Shown here: positions 28,331-36,449 of the stretch, one piece after another
Position numbering within the stretch: the stretch's first letter is position 1
Layout of the letters: each line of letters begins with the position of its first letter
The notes under the pieces: model-generated
Database searches by the model: none
Told to the model about the DNA's origin: nothing
The model's input: only the letters and a program-made list of their open reading frames with translations
Origin: an uncultured Candidatus Binatia bacterium
GTDB taxonomy: Bacteria > Desulfobacterota > Binatia > UBA9968 > JAJDTQ01
Reading direction: 5' to 3'
DNA length: 64,000 bases
NCBI GenBank assembly: GCA_965261895.1
Contig: OZ253480.1
Location: 3,947,665-4,011,664 of the forward strand
Position numbers and translations under genes: made by a program

Positions 28331-29916
28331 GCGAAAGTCCCTACCAAGTCCTTGGCCTAGGAGTCCCGGCAATGCTCGGGCGCGAGCGGCTTCTCGAACG
28401 GCTACTTCGCCACCTGACCAAGCCAACGCCAGACCACATGTGCGTCGTAGGCCCTCCGCTGTTCGGGAAATCGGTCTTCCTCAATCACGCTGCTGCCTAC
28501 TTCAAGGAGGCAGGTGATCACTACGTCACCTCCCTCTACTGGGACCTCCGGCATAGCACTCCAGGAACCGACGACCAGTTCCGCCGGCGTTTCGCGGAGC
28601 GAGTCAGGGATGCCCTCCAACCGGTAGAACCTGGCCTTGCCAAGGACCTTGACCCGGAGGACGAAGCGCTTGCCGATCTTCTTCCTCTCGTCTTCGATGA
28701 GTTGGATCGAAAGGGAATCCGCTTCCTCGCCGTGCTCGACGGGTTCGATCACGTTCTTGAAGGGAGTGGCATTACGAGAAATCTGTGGGATTACATGAGG
28801 ACGCTTTGCGAGAAAACCAGCCTTCGACTCGCAACTGGAAGCCGGAGCAGACTCCGTGAGCTTTGTAAGAGCGAGGACTCCCGGACATCAGATTTCTGGG
28901 AGATCTTCTACCACACCCCGTTGGAGGTCGGGTGTTTTGAAGAGCACGACTGGAACGGTTTCCTCGATCCCTTCAAATCGCGGGGGATCACGTTCGACGG
29001 ATCCGCTCTCAAAGAGATTGCCAACTGGACTGGCGGTGTCCCGGTTCTGGCAGCGGCTTTGGCCGAGCGGCTACTGGACGGGGTTCTCGACGGCGCATCG
29101 CTCTCCAAATCCCACGTGGACAGGATCGCACGGGACGTGGCTGAGGAACGACGAGATCTACTCGCGGCGCTTTGGGATCATTGTCAAATCGACCTGCAGT
29201 CTGATCTGGTCGCCCTCGCCCACAGCGATCTCCGATCGTCCGAGGTGTCCGATGAACGGAAGCGCCGGCTCGAACTGCGGGGGTTCGCCCGCTCGTCCGG
29301 AACTCGGCTCCGAGGTTCGTGTCGTTTGATGGTCCAATATGCCCAGCAGCGAGGGGGCGAGGTGGAGAATCTGCGGCGGCTATTCGGCGACGCGGAGCTT
29401 TTCGAGAGCAATATTCGAAGTCTCCTTGAGATCCGTTTGGCGCAGATACCCATCGTCGATTCGGAGCTGGTGGGATATGTCCAATACGCGATCCGGGATC
29501 TGCAGCCGAACCCCACCAACACCGTGGTTTGGGCCCGAAGCATCGCTGAAAGAGGTCTGGATCTGATCTGGAAGGCCGAGCTTCCGGTGAGCAGGTCTCT
29601 GCCGGACGCCTGGAAATTTGTCGGAGTGAAGTTTGACGAACGGGGCCAGTTTCCTACGAGACGTGGTCCGCAGTGTGGAATCCTCCGTCTCATCACGGGT
29701 ACGGAAGACCACGACCCGGTCGCGAAGTTCGTAACTAGGCCGACGTACTTGCTTGTAAACCACATTCACTCTGTCGGTGACTTCGGACAGCACAAGGGAG
29801 ACACCGCCGTGTCAGTGTCGTTCGCCGCTGCGTTTTGTCTGTCAGCAATTGGCCTCTGCGAAAGCCTTGCCAGGGAACTGACTACGTCAGCGAGCACGCT
29901 GATCCCGGATGGCTGA
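28327..29916 (+). CDS. Second ORC/Arch-type AAA+ ATPase with an uncharacterised C-terminal domain
   Basis: The GTG start overlaps the upstream TGA. N-terminal LGRERLLERLLRHL, Walker A GPPLFGKS, Walker B FLAVLDGFD. The ~200-aa C-terminal region was not recognised. Confidence 0.55.
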   Translation: MSESPYQVLGLGVPAMLGRERLLERLLRHLTKPTPDHMCVVGPPLFGKSVFLNHAAAYFKEAGDHYVTSLYWDLRHSTPGTDDQFRRRFAERVRDALQPVEPGLAKDLDPEDEALADLLPLVFDELDRKGIRFLAVLDGFDHVLEGSGITRNLWDYMRTLCEKTSLRLATGSRSRLRELCKSEDSRTSDFWEIFYHTPLEVGCFEEHDWNGFLDPFKSRGITFDGSALKEIANWTGGVPVLAAALAERLLDGVLDGASLSKSHVDRIARDVAEERRDLLAALWDHCQIDLQSDLVALAHSDLRSSEVSDERKRRLELRGFARSSGTRLRGSCRLMVQYAQQRGGEVENLRRLFGDAELFESNIRSLLEIRLAQIPIVDSELVGYVQYAIRDLQPNPTNTVVWARSIAERGLDLIWKAELPVSRSLPDAWKFVGVKFDERGQFPTRRGPQCGILRLITGTEDHDPVAKFVTRPTYLLVNHIHSVGDFGQHKGDTAVSVSFAAAFCLSAIGLCESLARELTTSASTLIPDG

Positions 29917-30008
29917 TAGCCGCACCGACGATGACGCGCACCATTGTCGAGAGTAACTGATGAGCCTCTACACTAGGTACATCTTTAAGCGGTGCCCAAA
30001 CGGGGCAC

Positions 30009-30647
30009 ATGCTGTATTGGGAGGAAGGTAACTCCGCCGAGGATGACACTTTTTGCTGGAAATGCGGGGAGTCCTATCTGCTGAACTGCCCCTCGTGTAA
30101 CCACCAACTCGGAAATGCGTTTGATACCATGAAGTCGGCGTTTGATGGGAAGCCGCGGAAGGTGCCTAACAAACCGGCATTCTGTGGCAAGTGCGGCAAG
30201 CCCTATCCCTGGACGTTAGCTGAGCATCAGAGAATTGAGGACGCTGGATTTTGGTCGCTGGTGCATCCCATGGTCATCAAGCTGGCAAGGCCTCGGTTTG
30301 AGACAGGTCACTATGCGGATGCGGTGGAAGCCGCGTTCAAGGGACTGAACAGCAACGTAAAAGAACTTTTTCTGACCGCGAAAGGGCGAGAACTCGACGG
30401 CCCGGACCTTATGAGGAAGGCGTTACGGACCGATGACGCCGTGCTCGTCTTAGGTGACCTTACAACAGAGTCTGGCCGCAACATTCAAGATGGTTACTCT
30501 CATATTTTTGCGGGTGCCATGCAGGCAATCCGCAATCCCAGTGCCCATGCAAACACGGAGATTGGTTCGAATCGAGCATGCCACCAATTGATGCTTGCAA
30601 GCCTTCTTTTCCGTCAAATTGATGAAAGAAGGAAAGGCGATAGGTAG
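30009..30647 (+). CDS. Double zinc-ribbon + TIGR02391 (Hypoth_Ymh) HEPN-family Abi-like protein
   Basis: N-terminal Cys pairs CWKCG...CPSCNH...CGKCGKPYPW. The C-terminal Ymh domain carries the HEPN Rx4-6H motif (IRNPSAHANTEI). A GTGCCCaaacGGGCAC hairpin sits just upstream of the ATG. Confidence 0.55.
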   Translation: MLYWEEGNSAEDDTFCWKCGESYLLNCPSCNHQLGNAFDTMKSAFDGKPRKVPNKPAFCGKCGKPYPWTLAEHQRIEDAGFWSLVHPMVIKLARPRFETGHYADAVEAAFKGLNSNVKELFLTAKGRELDGPDLMRKALRTDDAVLVLGDLTTESGRNIQDGYSHIFAGAMQAIRNPSAHANTEIGSNRACHQLMLASLLFRQIDERRKGDR

Positions 30648-30649
30648 AT

Positions 30650-32047
30650 ATGCTCCCGGCCTCGTCGAGACCGGCAGGGTTCGTTCATCTGATCAAAGTC
30701 CTCGTCACCGGCGCCACCGGCTACATCGGCGGCAGGTTGGCTCCGCGCCTCCTTGCCGACGGCCATCGCATACGCGTGCTGGCACGTAGCGCGGCGCGGG
30801 TGCGCTCGCGGTCCTGGGCGGAGCGGGTGGATGTCGTCGAGGGCGACGCGCTGGAACGCGAAACGTTGGCGCAAGCCCTGGCCGGGGTGGACTGCGCCTA
30901 CTACCTGATCCACAGCATGGGCAGCGGCGCGAGGTTCCACGAGCTGGACTTGGAGGCGGCGCGGCTTTTCGGGCGGGTGGCCAGGGAAGCCGGCGTCCGC
31001 CGGATCGTTTATCTGGGAGGGCTGGGAGACCCGAAGGCCGACCTGTCGCAGCACTTGCGCTCCAGGCAGGAGACGGGGCGGGCGCTTCGCGACGGCGGGG
31101 TGCCGGTAACGGAGTTCAGGGCGGCGGTGATCGTGGGGTCCGGCAGCATCTCTTTCGAGATGATCCGCTATCTGGTGGAGCGGCTCCCGGTGATGGTCTG
31201 TCCCCGGTGGGTGTATTCGCGGGTCCAGCCCATCGCGGTGAACGACGTGCTGGACTATCTGGCGGCGGTCCTGACCAACGCCGCCTGCGGCGACAAGGTC
31301 ATCGAGATCGGCGGGCAGGGGGTCACCACCTACAGGGGGATGATGCTGGACTATGCCAGGGCCAGGGGGTTGAAGCGCTGGCTGGTGCCGGTGCCGGTGC
31401 TCACGCCGCGCCTGTCGTCGTATTGGGTGCACTGGATTACGCCGATCCCTTCCAGGGTGAGCGGACCGCTGATCGACGGGCTTCGGAACGAAGTGGTGGT
31501 GACCGACAATCTGGCCCTGGAGCTGTTCCCGGGGATCGAGTCCCGGGCCTACACCGCGGCCATCGCAGAGGTGATCGAGGACCTGGAGCAGGGCCGTGTC
31601 GAGACCGCCTGGAGCGACGCCCACGGCGGGTCCGACACGCCGGACTCCCTCTCCCGCGTGGAGTCCCACGAAGGGATGATCTTCGAGCGTCGCACACGAC
31701 AGGTGGCCGCGCCTGCCCGGGAGGTGTACCGGGTGTTCACCGGCATCGGCGGCGAGCGGGGATGGTTTTATGGCGACTGGATGTGGCGGGTCCGGGGCAT
31801 GGTCGACCGCCTGCTGGGGGGCGCGGGGCTGCGCCGGGGACGCCGGCATCCCGACGAGTTGCGCGTCGGCGACGCGCTGGATTTCTGGCGGGTGGAGGCC
31901 CTGGAGCCGGACCGGCTGGTCCGGCTCAGGGCGGAGATGAAGCTGCCGGGCCGCGCCTGGCTCCAGTTCCGGGTATGTCAACGGACTCTTTCGCCTTCGG
32001 CGGCTGTAAGAGCAACTTCGCCAGTTCTTCTGGCGCGATGTTCATAG
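30650..32047 (+). CDS. SDR-family NAD(P)-binding epimerase/dehydratase-like oxidoreductase with a DUF2867-like C-terminal domain
   Basis: Rossmann motif VLVTGATGYIGGRL; 465 aa. Its 5' end is the sequence duplicated at 14645-14770 and 15672-15796. Confidence 0.75.
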   Translation: MLPASSRPAGFVHLIKVLVTGATGYIGGRLAPRLLADGHRIRVLARSAARVRSRSWAERVDVVEGDALERETLAQALAGVDCAYYLIHSMGSGARFHELDLEAARLFGRVAREAGVRRIVYLGGLGDPKADLSQHLRSRQETGRALRDGGVPVTEFRAAVIVGSGSISFEMIRYLVERLPVMVCPRWVYSRVQPIAVNDVLDYLAAVLTNAACGDKVIEIGGQGVTTYRGMMLDYARARGLKRWLVPVPVLTPRLSSYWVHWITPIPSRVSGPLIDGLRNEVVVTDNLALELFPGIESRAYTAAIAEVIEDLEQGRVETAWSDAHGGSDTPDSLSRVESHEGMIFERRTRQVAAPAREVYRVFTGIGGERGWFYGDWMWRVRGMVDRLLGGAGLRRGRRHPDELRVGDALDFWRVEALEPDRLVRLRAEMKLPGRAWLQFRVCQRTLSPSAAVRATSPVLLARCS

Positions 32048-32083
32048 GCGGGATGATGGGATCTTGTGCCATGGCGGACAACC

Positions 32084-32338
32084 TCACTTGATGAGCTTCA
32101 AACTCTTTAGGTCATCTAACGTCCAGCCTATTTCTTCAATCAGCGCCTTCAGAAGCCTAGCTCCGTACGTTTTTCCCGGATGGTAGTGGATCACAACACG
32201 GCGGCCGGGGCCTTTTCGAAACGCCCGCTTAGCCCCGATCTTGACATCTTCTTCCCACCCGTCCGCCTTGAGAGCCTTGATTAGGTCGCCGGCTGTAAGG
32301 TTCTTGATTTGATTCCAGATGGACTTAGGGAGCGCCAT
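32084..32338 (-). CDS. hicA: HicA-like (YcfA family) mRNA-interferase toxin
   Basis: 84 aa: GDLIKALKADGW...VVIHYHPGKTYGARLLKALIEEIGW. Confidence 0.55.
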   Translation of the reverse strand: MALPKSIWNQIKNLTAGDLIKALKADGWEEDVKIGAKRAFRKGPGRRVVIHYHPGKTYGARLLKALIEEIGWTLDDLKSLKLIK

Positions 32339-32607
32339 GGCATCGTGATGTGTTGCAGTGATACGGTGTTTTTGGGCGTGTCCCTGTGGACAATTAAGCC
32401 AGGCCCCTCGGGCAATGGCTCATTGTGTTTTCTGAGTGATTTGAGATAGACGTCAACCGCCTCCTGTGCACTCTGAAAGGCCTCCTGCTCTGTCGCGCCA
32501 TCAACGTGTAGTCCTTTCAGTGCTGGAGCATAAGCATGGAACCCATCCCCGTCCTCCTCCACCACTACGGTAACGGAAATGAGGACCTTCTGTTGGCTCA
32601 TCGGCAT
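32281..32607 (-). CDS. hicB: HicB-like (UPF0150) antitoxin
   Basis: The start MPMSQQKVLISVTVVVEEDGDGFHAYAPALKGLHVDGATEQEAFQSAQEAV is typical of a HicB RNase-H-like fold. Its 3' end overlaps hicA by ~58 nt. Confidence 0.5.
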   Translation of the reverse strand: MPMSQQKVLISVTVVVEEDGDGFHAYAPALKGLHVDGATEQEAFQSAQEAVDVYLKSLRKHNEPLPEGPGLIVHRDTPKNTVSLQHITMPWRSLSPSGIKSRTLQPAT

Positions 32608-32720
32608 GTCTCCCTTCAACGTGAATTCCGGTTGGAAAGACCTCCCTTTATGGTAGTTTTGCATTCAAAGTTACCACAAAAAGAGTGCAAGTACCAGAAA
32701 ACAGCTATCGGAGATGCGAT

Positions 32721-33485
32721 ATGGCGGAAACAACACTATTCGAACCCGGCGGGTATCGGTACGTGCGGGGGCGGTTCCAGTACTCGGGGGGCGTCTCGGC
32801 GGAGCCGGGATTTGTCATCGAACGCGCCCGGTTCGCACGACCCGTGCCGCTTGACGAGGGGTTCCGCCGGATCGAGACGTATCTTGACGCTCTCGGACGG
32901 CCGCCCACCGCGTTCTGCGCTTGTGAGCTGCGCTCGCCAGGGCAGTTCACGGAAGAAGGCTTCGTTGCCTTCAATCGGGTCTATGTGGGCACGCTCGAAC
33001 GGTGGGGCATCTTCAAGGACGAGGACAATCCCGTCGCGCGGTCAAACGTATGTCCCGAGGTGCATCCTCCGATCGAACCCTGCTTCCATGCATTTTCGTA
33101 CACGGTACCGGCCGAGGCGAGCGATGCGGCGGGGCTGAAGAGCTTCGTAATCGCGGGCTCCGGCGAAGCGCCCGAAGGACCGGGAGGGTACGGGGACCGG
33201 ATCATCCGTCTCGGGGACACCTCGCCCGATGCAATGCGCGAAAAGGCGCAGTATGTCCTCGGAGCAATGGAGCTTCGGATGGCGGCGTTGGGCATGACGT
33301 GGGCGAACGCCACCACGAGCCAAGTCTACACGGTCCACGAAATCCATGGGTTTCTCGCCGACGAGGTCGTCCGCCGGGGTGCGGCACCGGACGGTGTCAC
33401 ATGGACCTACGCCCGACCGCCGGTCCAAGGATTGGCTTTTGAAATGGACGTCCGGCGTGTGCCGGTGGAGCGGGTAATCGGCTGA
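32721..33485 (+). CDS. Hypothetical protein, possibly RidA/YjgF-fold (FkbO/Hyg5 chorismatase-like)
   Basis: The segment NPVARSNVCPEVHPP resembles the RidA-family core. The assignment is weak. Confidence 0.3.
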   Translation: MAETTLFEPGGYRYVRGRFQYSGGVSAEPGFVIERARFARPVPLDEGFRRIETYLDALGRPPTAFCACELRSPGQFTEEGFVAFNRVYVGTLERWGIFKDEDNPVARSNVCPEVHPPIEPCFHAFSYTVPAEASDAAGLKSFVIAGSGEAPEGPGGYGDRIIRLGDTSPDAMREKAQYVLGAMELRMAALGMTWANATTSQVYTVHEIHGFLADEVVRRGAAPDGVTWTYARPPVQGLAFEMDVRRVPVERVIG

Positions 33486-33580
33486 ATCCGAGGTCCAAAC
33501 GCCCCGGTCCTATGCCTGTAGCGGCGGATCGCCCAACCGGCCGTCCGGGAAGAGCGGCAGGCCGGCTGATGGGTGGGCGC

Positions 33581-33985
33581 TTATCCTTCGCCTACGCGAT
33601 CCCTTATAGTTTTCGGGGTGAGGATCGGAACGGGAAACGCCGGTGCCAGGACAAGCAGGTCGTGGTCGCCGGTGACCAGCGCGTCGGCTTTGCCCACCAG
33701 CGCCAGTTCGAGGAAAGGCCGGTCGAAGGGATCGCGGCAGTCGGGAACGACCGGAGGCCTGGAGACGTCCACCGTCTCGCACCAAGGCAGGTAATCCGCC
33801 AGGAGATCTTCTCGCTCATCCCGGGTCAGGCGAAACTTCGGATAGGACAGCACCCGGATCAATTCCTCGGTCGTAGCAAGGCTTGCCAGTGGGCGGACGG
33901 TTTCCGACTGCCACGCATGGCGTAGCCAGGATAGCGATCCGGCAGGAAAGAGCAGGGCTGACAGCAGTACGTTGGTGTCAAGCAT
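33581..33985 (-). CDS. PIN-domain protein (putative TA toxin)
   Basis: 134 aa beginning MLDTNVLLSALLFP, ending ...DALVTGDHDLL. Confidence 0.65.
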   Translation of the reverse strand: MLDTNVLLSALLFPAGSLSWLRHAWQSETVRPLASLATTEELIRVLSYPKFRLTRDEREDLLADYLPWCETVDVSRPPVVPDCRDPFDRPFLELALVGKADALVTGDHDLLVLAPAFPVPILTPKTIRDRVGEG

Positions 33986-34241
33986 GGCCTACAACGGCCC
34001 AAGGCCGCCGGAGGCGCGCAGGTCACGCAGAGGTGCGATGAATAACGTTATCTCAATAGGGTGCATTTGAATCTGTTGCCTTCTCAGGTCTTTGCATTGT
34101 CGCCTTCCGTGCGCTTGAAGGTCCTCTGGTTTTCAGTTCACTCGCTTTCGATACGTTTACGGTCCGCTCTCAGTCTCCGGCCGTTAGTCTTCCGGACCAG
34201 GGAGGGTTTCCACCGGGCCGCACTGCCGCTCTCGTCCGCGT

Positions 34242-34559
34242 TCATACGATCCCCGGAGCGGCGCCCTTCCCCAATACACCCGGCCTAGTCGGCAGATGGC
34301 GGATCTGGGCGCCCGTTTCCCTGTCGGCCTGAACGAGGTCGTACTGTGCCTGAAGGTTAAGCCAGAATTGAGGATCGACACCGAACCAGTGGCCCAAGCG
34401 TAGCGCGGTGTCGCCGGTAACCGAACGCTTGCCGGAGATGATCTGGCTCACCCGGTTAGCGGGCACCTCGATCTGTCGCGCCAACTCCGTCGGGGTGATA
34501 CCCAGTTCTTCCAGCTCGCCCTTCAGGATCTCACCGGGATGGACAGCTCTCATGAACAT
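34242..34559 (-). CDS. higA: HigA antitoxin (Xre-family HTH)
   Basis: The start MFMRAVHPGEILKGELEELGITPTELARQIEVPANRVSQIISGKRSVTGDTALRLGHWFGVDPQFWLNLQ is the classic HigA signature. Confidence 0.7.
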   Translation of the reverse strand: MFMRAVHPGEILKGELEELGITPTELARQIEVPANRVSQIISGKRSVTGDTALRLGHWFGVDPQFWLNLQAQYDLVQADRETGAQIRHLPTRPGVLGKGAAPGIV

Positions 34560-34572
34560 GCCGACCTCCTTC

Positions 34573-34860
34573 TCATCCGTGGTAGTCGACGATCTCAACG
34601 TTGTCCGGTCCTGCCTGCCCGTCCGGCCACTCGAAACACAGTCTCCACTGCCGATTGATGCGAATGGAGTACTGGTCCTTCCTGTCACTCCTGAGGGCTT
34701 CGAGGTGGTTTCCCGGCAAGGACCGCAGGGTATCGAGCGAAGGCGCGGCGTTCAGGATGGCCAGCCGTCTTGTTGCTTGGTTTTCAAAGCTCCGGAACGC
34801 CCTGACTGACCGCCCTTCGGCAAACACCCGCGTGTTTCTGTCTCGATAGCCGAGGATCAT
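34573..34860 (-). CDS. higB: HigB toxin (RelE/ParE superfamily)
   Basis: ..LSGNRKDQYSIRINRQWRLCFEWPDGQAGPDNVEIVDYH. It lies upstream of and adjacent to higA. Confidence 0.7.
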   Translation of the reverse strand: MILGYRDRNTRVFAEGRSVRAFRSFENQATRRLAILNAAPSLDTLRSLPGNHLEALRSDRKDQYSIRINRQWRLCFEWPDGQAGPDNVEIVDYHG

Positions 34861-35307
34861 CTCCTGCCAAGATGACAAACTAGACGAGGTACGTCAAGGG
34901 TACACGATTCGACGCCGGAGTGCAGGTTGGTTTCTCCGGCGAGTCAGGTTCTACACAGTGCGGGCGGGCGATGCTGCTCGGTTCCGCCCACACGAAGTCT
35001 CGACGCGACATTGCCCAACTGAGGTGGTCCTGGTTTGTAGGACAGGATGGCGGTAGAAAAGGTGTATTCCGCGGTAATCGATCATGCCGCCAAGGTCGTG
35101 TTTAACCCGTCTCGCTGTTTCGGTTGAGCCGGCAGACGAGCAGGCAAGGGCGGCGCTTGGTCTGCATCTCCCGAAGCATTCCCTCTTACACGGCCCCGAC
35201 AATGGAAGAAGGCCAGCCGTGCGGCGAGCTGGATGGTCGCTGACCGGGAGAACGTTGCGCTCTTTACCCGCGCGGCGTAACGGCGCCCCGTCCCGCTGTC
35301 GGCGAGC

Positions 35308-35649
35308 CTATTCCGCCATACGCTTCAGCCCGCTCAGCGGTCGAACCTTGACGGCCCGCGAAGCGGGCTTCGCGGCCACCGTGATTTCCTGGCCGGTGAA
35401 GGGTGAGATCATCTTGCGCGACTTTGTTGCCGGCTTGCGCACCGCCTTGATTTCCAGCAGGCCCGGAAGCGTGAACGTTCCCACTGCACGTCTCTTGATG
35501 TGACGCTCGATGAGCACTCCGAGTTCGTCGAGTACCAGGGCCACATCCTTCTTCTGAAGCCCCGTCGATTCGGATAGTGCGTTCAAGAGCTGGGTCTTGG
35601 TCATCGCCTCCTTGAGCGCCTTGTTGCTGCGGTTCCCGGTTGTCGCCAT
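35308..35649 (-). CDS. HU/IHF-family nucleoid DNA-binding protein
   Basis: TKTQLLNALSE..KKDV..VLDEL...GTFTLPGLLEIKAVRKPA..RKM..PFTGQEI...AKP...VKVRPLSGLK. Confidence 0.75.
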   Translation of the reverse strand: MATTGNRSNKALKEAMTKTQLLNALSESTGLQKKDVALVLDELGVLIERHIKRRAVGTFTLPGLLEIKAVRKPATKSRKMISPFTGQEITVAAKPASRAVKVRPLSGLKRMAE

Positions 35650-35970
35650 CTCATATCTCCTTGCGTGGCTTGCGGCCGCTGTGGAAAGCGGTGTCTGGGG
35701 GTAGTCGAAGGACCGTCAAAAAGCGAATCGTGTCGATCCGCATCCAAGCCCCCGTTCCGGTAGCCGCGATTACAGGTGTGCAAAGGGGTTCAGGGCGCCG
35801 ACAGAGCGGGAAGCGGTGTGCGGACACACGGATGGGAGACCACGATGTTGTGGAAGCACGATTTGGACCAGGGCGTCTAGAAGACGGAGCTGTCGACGCG
35901 GTTCGGTATCTAGCACGTGCGCGACCTCGACGCGTGGATCGAGGCGCGCAGGAAAATGTGGCGGGGGCCG

Positions 35971-36065
35971 CAAAAGATCGCCAAATCTCCCCAATATTGG
36001 GGTGGCTAGCCAGCTCGCGACGCGTTTAAACTACCATGGCGCGTGAGCGCCGCCGGGAGGAGACC
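35971..36065 (+). promoter_or_regulatory. Conserved ~100-bp upstream element, copy a (palindrome TCCCCAATATTGGGG + box GCGCGTGAGCGCCGCCGGGAG), upstream of giant adhesin 1
   Basis: It shares GTCAAA..CGCCAAATCTCCCCAATATTGGGGA...(35-37 nt)...TCAGCGCCGCCGGGAG with the copies at 45586, 46595, 52741 and 54131. Confidence 0.6.
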
Positions 36066-36449
36066 CGGCGAGAACCGTTGCGCGGTCTGTTCGACCCCAC
36101 GGGGCATCGGCTTTCATTCGGATTATTGCAGCTACGGGAGGCTAGGGATGACCCTTTTTCGCTTACCTCGGACAACACGTTTTCTGCGCCGGATACCTGT
36201 GTCAAAGGCAACGGATCCAAGCTGGCGGGAGACCGGATCTCATTCGTGAAGCCAAGGCGACCCCAAGATCCTACAGCGTCAGGCGACGGGCGTTGTCGAC
36301 CGCTTGCCAACGTGTCTGTGGGCTCGTCGGATCGCGTTCCAATTTCCTTCCTCCCCAGGCGCCATCCCGTTTTCAGACCAGCGATGCCCTGCCGACGCAT
36401 GTGCATCGTTCTCATCTCTCTTACGCGAATTCACCGGGACCCTTCGACC

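Noticed and set aside
31207-32091. 294-aa plus-strand ORF in an alternate frame of the epimerase gene
   Set aside because: It is an alternative frame of the well-supported SDR/epimerase CDS, with an Arg/Gly/Pro-rich product.
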